The notes beneath the pieces were generated by a model, which saw only the letters and a program-made list of their open reading frames with translations, had not been told where the DNA came from and ran no database searches. From assembly GCA_044450885.1 (NCBI GenBank), contig JBIOJL010000001.1:446-64445 (forward strand): a stretch of DNA of 64,000 nt, written 5' to 3'. Each line of letters begins with the position of its first letter. The stretch's first letter is position 1. This stretch comes from Tepidisphaerales bacterium. Lineage in GTDB: Bacteria; Planctomycetota; Phycisphaerae; Tepidisphaerales; Tepidisphaeraceae. Both the position numbers and the translations under genes were made by a program. Below are positions 57,601-64,000 of the stretch, piece after piece.

Positions 57601-58150
57601 AGGATCATGATCAGCCCGGCCAGGCTGTCGTTGAAGATGGTCTTCACCAGCCAGTAGCAGGCGCCCACGAACGCGATCGTGGTGAGCACGTGCAGCAGCA
57701 GATAGGTGCGTTCGAGGCCGAAGGGCCTGACCAGGGCGGCGGCCGCCTGGAAAAAGAACGACGGGTAATCGCGGATGGTGTTGGTGACCATCGGATCGTT
57801 GGCGAACAGATGCGAGTCGATGTACCACTTGAGAAACGGGACCTGGATGGTCTGGTTGCCCACGCCCAGGCGGTAGCCGCCGAGGAGGATCAGGGCGATG
57901 GCCAGCAGCACCAGGGCGCTGGCCGCCAGGAGTGTGGCGCTGAGGCTGGTCCGTCGCACCGAGGCTGCGGGCAGGACCGGCAGCGCGGGGATTGCGTAGG
58001 GCATCGCGACATCGGGCGGCATGGGAGCGGTGGTGTTCATAAATGGCGAGAACCTCGCGGTCCCGTCTGCTTCTACCGGTGCCGCGGGGAAAAGTTTCAC
58101 AAACGCGACGGACAGGCGTGACCAGAGACTTGCGCAATTCTATGCGGCCA

Positions 58151-58175
58151 TCTGTAGCCGCGATCGCCGATCGCG
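58151..58175. repeat. Solo copy of the CTGTAGCCGCGATCGCCGATCGCGG hairpin
   Basis: Exact 25-nt core, in the spacer upstream of the oxidoreductase gene. Confidence 0.8.
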
Positions 58176-58387
58176 GTGTGCAGCGCCAGCGTCCTGGCCG
58201 AGTCCAACCCGGTTCGCTCGCGAACATGAGGAATGGCCAGCGGGGACGCTGGCCCCACTTCTCGGCCGTGCGGAAGCACGGCCCTCCCGATTTGCCAGGC
58301 CGGGGCGGCGTAAACGCGGGTGCGATCCCGCGGTAGAGTTCATTGGAAGTTCGAACTTGTTTCCAGTGTGCTGACTTGGAGTTTCCT

Positions 58388-59755
58388 ATGATTCGGTCTT
58401 CACTATCCCGCAGGCGTTTCATGCATGGTCTGGCCACCGTGGCCGGGGCGACCTTTGCCGGCCCGTATCTGCTCCGCGCGGCCGAACCGGGCAAGGACAA
58501 GATCCGCTTTGGACACGTCGGCACCGGCGGCCAGGCCGGCGCCCATCACGACCTGTCCAAGAATGAGGGCATCTGCGTCTGCTATACGGATGCCGACAAG
58601 GCCCGCTACGGCGGCCTGGCGCAAATCGCGCCGAATGCGAAGGCGTACACCGACTACCGCAAGATGTTCGATGCGCACCTCAAGGAGATCGACGCGGTGG
58701 TCGTGGCCGTGCCCGATCACCACCATTTCCTGCCGTCCATGATCGCCGTCACCAACGGCAAGCACTGCTACACCGAGAAGCCTCTCTGCTGGTCGGTGAT
58801 GGAGTGCCGCAAACTTGCCGAAGCGACGGCCGCCAAGCAGGTGGCAACCCAGATGGGCAACATGGGCCATGCCAACGAAGGCAACCGGCTGATCGTCGAG
58901 TGGGTCCGCGGCGGGCTGCTGGGCGAGATCAAGGAAGTCCATAGCTGGACGAACCGGCCGGTCTGGCCGCAGGGAATCAAGCGCCCGCCGGCCAAGCCGG
59001 TCCCGGCGACTCTCGACTGGGAGAGCTGGATCGGTCCGGCCCCGTTCCGCGAATATCACGAGAGCCTGCACCCGTTCAACTGGCGCGGCTGGTTCGACTT
59101 CGGCTGTGGCGATATCGGCGACATGGGCTGCCATACCTGGGACAACGTCTTCTGGTCGATGAACCCGGACTATCCCGAGACGGTCGAGCTGGTGAAGATC
59201 ACCGGCCAGCAGCCGGAGACGTTCCCCAAGCAGAGCAGCATCAAGTGGGTTTTCCCGGCCAAGGACAATCGCCCCGGCTTCATCGCCACCTGGTCCTCCG
59301 GCGGCCTGAAGCCCGACGTTCCCGAGGAGATGCTCAACGATCCCACCTACACCGACAGCGGCAAGAAGAAGGCCGAACTTCCCGGCTCGGGCAATCTGTA
59401 CATCGGCACCAAGGGCAAGCTGCTGGTCTCCGGCGACTACGGCGACAGCCCGCGGCTGATTCCGGAATCGTTCCATCGCGAAACCAAGAAGCCGGACAAG
59501 ACCATCCCGCGTTCGCCCGGCCACAAGCCGGAATGGCTCAAGGCCATCCGCGGCGAGAAGCCCTGGAATTACCCCGGTTCGAATTTCGCGACCTATGCCG
59601 GCATGCTGACCGAAGTGCAGTTGCTCGGCTCGCTGGCGATCAAGATCGGCCAGGTGGGTTTCAAGATCGAGTGCGACCCGACCGGCAAGACGGTCAAGAC
59701 CAGGGAAGCCCAGGCGATGCTGTGGCGCGAGCCGCGGCAGGGGTGGAACGTATAG
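58388..59755 (+). CDS. Gfo/Idh/MocA-family oxidoreductase with twin-arginine signal
   Basis: GGAG then ATG at 58388. SRRRFMHGLATVAGATFAG (TAT), IRFGHVGTGGQAG (Rossmann), VVVAVPDHHH, YTEKPL. Confidence 0.88.
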   Translation: MIRSSLSRRRFMHGLATVAGATFAGPYLLRAAEPGKDKIRFGHVGTGGQAGAHHDLSKNEGICVCYTDADKARYGGLAQIAPNAKAYTDYRKMFDAHLKEIDAVVVAVPDHHHFLPSMIAVTNGKHCYTEKPLCWSVMECRKLAEATAAKQVATQMGNMGHANEGNRLIVEWVRGGLLGEIKEVHSWTNRPVWPQGIKRPPAKPVPATLDWESWIGPAPFREYHESLHPFNWRGWFDFGCGDIGDMGCHTWDNVFWSMNPDYPETVELVKITGQQPETFPKQSSIKWVFPAKDNRPGFIATWSSGGLKPDVPEEMLNDPTYTDSGKKKAELPGSGNLYIGTKGKLLVSGDYGDSPRLIPESFHRETKKPDKTIPRSPGHKPEWLKAIRGEKPWNYPGSNFATYAGMLTEVQLLGSLAIKIGQVGFKIECDPTGKTVKTREAQAMLWREPRQGWNV

Positions 59756-59842
59756 GCTGGTGCGAAGGTGCGATCTTTTGGGCGCACAACGGAGAATGAC
59801 GCATGAGCGACAAGATCACTGTCACGAACTGAATCAGGCGAT

Positions 59843-61012
59843 TCACCGCGGCGCCGCCAGTTCCGGCTTCGGATGCAGCAGTGCGTCGACGATCGCCACA
59901 TACGCCGGCTTCCGCTGGTTGCTGGAATCGAAGATCAGCGGGTTCTGCCCGAAGCGCCAGGTGCGCCGGTCGCTCAGGCCCCAGAACGTCACGCGCTCCA
60001 TCACATCCTTGTGCTTGATGCAAATGGCAAACAACCGGGCATAGGCATCGGCCTGCGCCTTGAGGTCCTCCGCCGACGGCGGCGCTCCGCCGCCGAACCC
60101 GCGGCCGCCGGGCCCGGGGCCAAACTGCCCACCCGAGGTGCCGCGAATGGTCACATCTAGTTCCGTGACACTGACTTTCAGCCCCAGCGAGGCATAGTCG
60201 GAAATCGCCTTGTCGAGCGCGACATAAGGGATGCCGTTCGTGCTCCAGTGCCCCTGGATTCCCACGCCGTGAATCGCCGCGCCGTCCTTGATCAGCCGCT
60301 TGAGCAGCACCATCGAACTGGCGTGCTTGGGGCCGGCCTCAATGCCGTAGTCGTTGTAATACATCTTCGCGTCCGGGTCGCCTTCGTGCGCGAACTTGAA
60401 CGCCAGCGTCAAAAATTCCGGACCCATGGCCTGCAGCCACGAGGAGTTGCGGAGGTTCTCCGCCTGCGCCGTCTGGTCGTTGCCGCGGTCGCTGATCGCC
60501 TCGTTGACGACATCCCAACCGCGAATCTTCCCTTGATAGCGGCCCACCAGCGTGCTGATGTGGTCCTTCAGGCGCTGGGTGACCTTCGCCTTGTCGCCGT
60601 CGCGGAAGAACCAGTCGTTGGTCTGGGCATGCCACACGAGCGTGTGGCCGTGGACGGCAATCTGGTTGTCCACGCACCATTTCACCAGGGCGTCCGGCCG
60701 CTCAAATCGCCAGGTGTCCTCGCCGGGATGAACCGGGGCCGGCTTCATGCAGTTCTCCGGCGTCACAATGCCGAAGTTCTCCTTGAGCAGACTCATTTCC
60801 TGGTCGGAATAGTTGCCGGGCACATCGCCCGCCATGCCGATGAGAAAGTGGTTCTTGTACACCTCCTTGATGGACGGGCCGTGCTGGTCCATCGCGATCG
60901 GCGCGGCCGGCCGCGATGCGGGTTCTGAGGCCATGGCGCCCGTGGAAGTCAGAATGGTGATCGCCACACTGGCGAACATAATCGGGGCGCGGCGTTGGTT
61001 ATCGTGCCTCAT
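59843..61012 (-). CDS. Glycoside hydrolase family 10 endo-1,4-beta-xylanase, secreted
   Basis: FGIVTPENCMK, HGHTLVWHAQTNDW, IRGWDVVNEAI (acid/base Glu), YYNDYG, IHGVGIQGH, LKVSVTELDV (nucleophile Glu). ATG 61012 is preceded by AAGGA. Confidence 0.9.
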   Translation of the reverse strand: MRHDNQRRAPIMFASVAITILTSTGAMASEPASRPAAPIAMDQHGPSIKEVYKNHFLIGMAGDVPGNYSDQEMSLLKENFGIVTPENCMKPAPVHPGEDTWRFERPDALVKWCVDNQIAVHGHTLVWHAQTNDWFFRDGDKAKVTQRLKDHISTLVGRYQGKIRGWDVVNEAISDRGNDQTAQAENLRNSSWLQAMGPEFLTLAFKFAHEGDPDAKMYYNDYGIEAGPKHASSMVLLKRLIKDGAAIHGVGIQGHWSTNGIPYVALDKAISDYASLGLKVSVTELDVTIRGTSGGQFGPGPGGRGFGGGAPPSAEDLKAQADAYARLFAICIKHKDVMERVTFWGLSDRRTWRFGQNPLIFDSSNQRKPAYVAIVDALLHPKPELAAPR

Positions 61013-61056
61013 TGCCGTTCCTTTCTGCATCACGGAAAATTCGCTGGACGAAGTCC

Positions 61057-61120
61057 ATAGGGTGGGAGTACCCGCCCACCGTTCGCGCCAAGAGGATCGG
61101 TGGGCGGGTACGCCCACCCT
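61057..61120. repeat. 24-bp-arm inverted repeat (TAGGGTGGGAGTACCCGCCCACCG / CGGTGGGCGGGTACGCCCACCCTA)
   Basis: One mismatch between arms and a 16-nt loop. It shares the TAGGGTGGG...GCCCACC ends with the element at 48567-48627. Fills the spacer between two minus-strand genes. Confidence 0.9.
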
Positions 61121-61126
61121 ACAGGG

Positions 61127-62833
61127 CTACTCGTCCTTCACACGGACCGCCTGTTTGTAAAGCGGCACATCGTGGCCGTCGTCCACGCCGATGTCGAAGC
61201 TCTCCCTGGCATCCAGTGCCTTGATCACCTCGACGTGCGCGTTCCGCATCAGGCGGCGGTAGCGCCGCGAAGAATCGTTCCTGCCTTCGGCGTCCATCTC
61301 GCGCACCCACCAGAGGTCGAAGGGCTGCTTTCGCCCCGTCGGCGATTCGAGGGTGAGGAAATAGCCGTAAGGGATGAGTATCAGCTTGTCGATGAGCGGC
61401 CGCTGGCCCCGGATTGACGGGCGCGGGCGCTCCATGGCGTGGCGGCGCAGCGACCTGGTCAGCTCGATCTGCTCCGGCCAGGGCATGTGGTGGTCATGGT
61501 CGCTCGTCCAGAACCAGATGTACCGGGCCCCCATGTCGTAGGCGAGATTGATGCCCGCCGGGGAGAGTGCGGGGTCGGCCTGGCCATAGATGCTCGTGCC
61601 CCAGTCCCTGCCAAACTGCCTGGCCGCCCCGCGCAGGAAGGCATAGTGGTAGCGGAACATCTCCTCCGCGGTGAACACGCGGTCGAGACCGGTGGAAGCT
61701 TTGAGGTTGGTGTTGAAGGCATCGAGCTGGTAGCGGCCCTCGTGGACGATTCCGGCCGCCCCGCCGGCAAGCTGGTAGCAGGCGGTTTCGTAAACGGTCT
61801 CCCAGGTCGGGAAGTCCGCGTTGACGAGCCGCATGTCGCCAAGGCTGATGCCCCTCGCCCGCAGCTCCCGCTCGATGCCGTATGCCGCGCCGTTGGGTCC
61901 GAAATAGCCGGTGTGGATGCGCCCGGTCAGCACGGCGGCCGCGTCGGTGAAGTACTGAAGCCTGGTGTGGATCCTCTTGTCCCCCACCATGACGCAGGTC
62001 GGCTCGTCCATGAACATCTCGTTGCCGGCGTAGTTGCTGCGGTAGAAGTCGGCCGGGTATTGCACAGGCGTGTCGCCCGCGGCACTGCGAATGTAGAAGA
62101 CCGCCTCGTTGCGGACCCACTTCTCCTGCTCGGGAGAGACGCAGAAGAGGTTCATGCCCGCGTCGATGCGGGCGCGGTAATCCTCCGCTGCCAGCGGGAC
62201 GTACTGGTAATTCCGCCGCTGCGGCGTCTGTGGCAGACGGTGGCCTTCCTTGTCCCGGCTGTTGCCGCTGGTTCCGACCAGCAGCTCGGGATCGAGTTCC
62301 AGCACTTTCACGTTTTCCCATTGTGCCCACTGCGCATCGGCATCGACGCGCTCCAGCGAGAGCACGTGTCCGAGGTACTCACAGGTGGCAGGGAACCCCT
62401 GCTGCCGGCGAGCACCCTTGGCCGGGCGGGGGATGAAATGAAGCAGGAAATCCTGCCACCGCGGAAGGAGCGGCAAGCGGGTGTGGATGTTGCGGTATTC
62501 CAGCACCTCTCCGGCCGGCGTAACGCGGAGCTGGTAGCGTGTGAACTTCAGCGGCTCGGCCGAGTCGCCCAACGGATCGCGCGAAGTGCCGCCGCGGAGC
62601 TCAAAGAGCACGGACGTCTTGCCCTCCTCTTCTTTGCGAACGGTGAGCTGCCAAGAGATGCCGTCGCCCTCATTTGCCGGGCCATACGCCAGGTCCACGA
62701 GCGAAAACGGCGCCGACGCCCCGGTCTCGGCCGAGAGGACGCGATAGCGGACCTTGACCTGAGCGGCCAGGGTGGACTCGCCAGGCAACAATGCCGACAA
62801 CAAACCAGCCAGAATCAAGACTTGCGTTCGCAC
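61127..62833 (-). CDS. Hypothetical secreted protein (~568 aa), unknown family
   Basis: GTG 62833 gives VRTQVLILAGLLSALLPGESTLAAQ (signal peptide). The 130 upstream codons in the track are translated repeat DNA. No family motif recognised. Co-directional with the GH10 gene. Confidence 0.6.
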   Translation of the reverse strand: MRTQVLILAGLLSALLPGESTLAAQVKVRYRVLSAETGASAPFSLVDLAYGPANEGDGISWQLTVRKEEEGKTSVLFELRGGTSRDPLGDSAEPLKFTRYQLRVTPAGEVLEYRNIHTRLPLLPRWQDFLLHFIPRPAKGARRQQGFPATCEYLGHVLSLERVDADAQWAQWENVKVLELDPELLVGTSGNSRDKEGHRLPQTPQRRNYQYVPLAAEDYRARIDAGMNLFCVSPEQEKWVRNEAVFYIRSAAGDTPVQYPADFYRSNYAGNEMFMDEPTCVMVGDKRIHTRLQYFTDAAAVLTGRIHTGYFGPNGAAYGIERELRARGISLGDMRLVNADFPTWETVYETACYQLAGGAAGIVHEGRYQLDAFNTNLKASTGLDRVFTAEEMFRYHYAFLRGAARQFGRDWGTSIYGQADPALSPAGINLAYDMGARYIWFWTSDHDHHMPWPEQIELTRSLRRHAMERPRPSIRGQRPLIDKLILIPYGYFLTLESPTGRKQPFDLWWVREMDAEGRNDSSRRYRRLMRNAHVEVIKALDARESFDIGVDDGHDVPLYKQAVRVKDE

Positions 62834-62930
62834 CGGACCTCCCGAAAATGCTCCAAGTGTTGCGCAGTATACCTGAGGACCGCCGGACCATCGAGCGCGG
62901 CACCCGTCGCCGGCACCCGTCGCCAGCTTC

Positions 62931-63050
62931 TGGCGGGCGTGACTATTCTTCCGGGAACCGCCTCTGGCCGGCTGAATTTCGTGGCACGGGCTTCCAGCCC
63001 GTGGTGTCGGTACTCCGACACATCTCCGTTGCCCGGGAAAATGGTCGCGC
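62931..63050 (-). repeat. 120-bp dispersed repeat (copy 2, inverted relative to 9996-10115)
   Basis: Its reverse complement matches 9996-10115 with a few substitutions (e.g. agatgcgg/agaggcgg, gaacag/gaatag). Confidence 0.85.
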
Positions 63051-63106
63051 CCCTTCTGGCCGCCGGCGGCGGCCATGCCGAGTTCTACCGCCAGTGCGCG
63101 ATCGCC

Positions 63107-63131
63107 CTGTAGCCGCGATCGCCGATCGCGG
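63107..63131. repeat. Solo copy of the CTGTAGCCGCGATCGCCGATCGCGG hairpin
   Basis: Exact 25-nt core. Confidence 0.8.
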
Positions 63132-63226
63132 CACCGTGGTCGGACCACGTATTCCCGCAATCGGGAGGGCCGTGCTTCTGCACGGCCGGGGCAGAGTGGT
63201 GCCGGTGCCCTCACCGGCACGGTCCC

Positions 63227-63979
63227 TCATTTCCCCCTCAGCTTCTCCAAAACCTCCCACGCCTCCACCTGCAACTCCTCCGTCGTATAGACCACGAGTT
63301 TGCCATTGATGTAGCGAATGTTCCCGACCTTGCCTCCGGCATCGAGCCACGATTCCGGATGCCGCTCCATGATCAAATCCCTGATGGCGCTAACCACGTT
63401 ATCCTCCTGCGTATAGCGGCTGTCCCCTTGCGCAAGGCCCCGTTTGTTTCGGATCGCATCCACGACAATGTCCCGGATGTTGTAGATTCTGGTGCGTGCG
63501 TAGTCCGCGAACCATGCGGCACTCGCCACGTGGACCACGTCATCGTCTTCGAGTTGCCAGCCGGGCCTGTGGTCCGGCTCGCCCGTCTGGTCCAGCGCCA
63601 TCTGCAGCACCCGGCTTGCCGGGATACAATGAAGGTGTAGTGTCACCGGCGCCGATTCCTCGACATCCACGCCCTTCAAATCCCGCCAATCCACGTCCAC
63701 ATTGGCCCCGGTGCGCTGGCGAATGTCTTCGATCACATCCGCCAGCGGAATCCCGAGGTAGTCCACCTCGTCCAGCACCATCGTCAGCGGCCCCTCGGTC
63801 GTCCCATCCCGTGCCACCGGCCGCGTCGATGGTTTTCTTGGCAGGAAGCTGTCAATCGGCTCGACCACGCCTGACACCACCATGCGTTCGGCCGACCCGC
63901 CTGGCCGCAGGCGCAGCGACCGCACGATGACGATCCCCGCCAGCCCGATCAGCAGCCCGATGACAAGCGTCTGTCGCAT
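63227..63979 (-). CDS. Hypothetical N-terminally anchored protein
   Basis: MRQTLVIGLLIGLAGIVIV (TM anchor). The IPLADVIEDIRQRTGANVDVDW segment is reminiscent of secretin/TonB N-terminal (STN)-type folds, but this is a weak impression only. Confidence 0.6.
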   Translation of the reverse strand: MRQTLVIGLLIGLAGIVIVRSLRLRPGGSAERMVVSGVVEPIDSFLPRKPSTRPVARDGTTEGPLTMVLDEVDYLGIPLADVIEDIRQRTGANVDVDWRDLKGVDVEESAPVTLHLHCIPASRVLQMALDQTGEPDHRPGWQLEDDDVVHVASAAWFADYARTRIYNIRDIVVDAIRNKRGLAQGDSRYTQEDNVVSAIRDLIMERHPESWLDAGGKVGNIRYINGKLVVYTTEELQVEAWEVLEKLRGK

Positions 63980-64000
63980 GAACTACTTCCTCAACTGCTC

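Noticed and set aside
54963-58121. 1052-aa plus-strand ORF
   Set aside because: It is antisense to the membrane/GH10-like gene, which has clear TM helices and GH10 motifs. The plus-strand translation is low-complexity (G/D/R/A/V/E/Q) with no recognisable domain.
62834-63220. N-terminal 130 codons of the 697-aa ORF
   Set aside because: This region consists of the 120-bp dispersed repeat, the hairpin core and a small GCCGGTGCCCTCACCGGC hairpin. The signal peptide begins at GTG 62833.

Overview
This is a high-GC bacterial chromosomal segment. Its gene content suggests Planctomycetota, plausibly Phycisphaerae; that placement is inference, since no search was possible. The supporting genes are a DUF1559 pseudopilin-like protein, a DUF1553/DUF1501 pair, a TAT-signal Gfo/Idh/MocA oxidoreductase, and giant surface proteins with LExRxLL leaders.

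Layout, left to right:
1. A 5'-truncated DUF1559 gene.
2. A ycjX...ycjF pair split by a lower-GC cassette of two genes, an ABC-type ATPase and a DUF4276/Toprim-like protein.
3. Hypothetical membrane and zinc-ribbon proteins flanking a Pol-beta-type nucleotidyltransferase.
4. tRNA-Cys followed by a tRNA 3' fragment on the opposite strand.
5. A 5753-aa gene (sedolisin domain, 26 Ig-like modules, two FG-GAP blocks, beta-helix), then a 1765-aa beta-helix/PKD/dockerin-like paralogue. The two share an N-terminal leader motif and a C-terminal tail. In the second gene the tail is frameshifted by a 4-nt tandem duplication.
6. A 16.5-kb co-directional minus-strand block: DUF1553, DUF1501, a PPC-domain protein, three large TPR proteins joined by overlapping stop/start codons, then exbB-exbD-exbD with no recognisable TonB.
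7. A hemicellulose-type neighbourhood: GH2, GH10, a polytopic membrane protein fused to a GH10-like domain, and an unknown secreted protein. An M50 protease, trpG/pabA and an oxidoreductase are interspersed.

Intergenic DNA holds several repeat families. These are 7-8-nt tandem arrays (one inside the 5' coding end of the largest TPR gene), a tandem hairpin minisatellite, long perfect inverted repeats and a 120-bp element. No rRNA, CRISPR array, transposase or integrase was recognised. Most long antisense ORFs in the six-frame track are high-GC artefacts.
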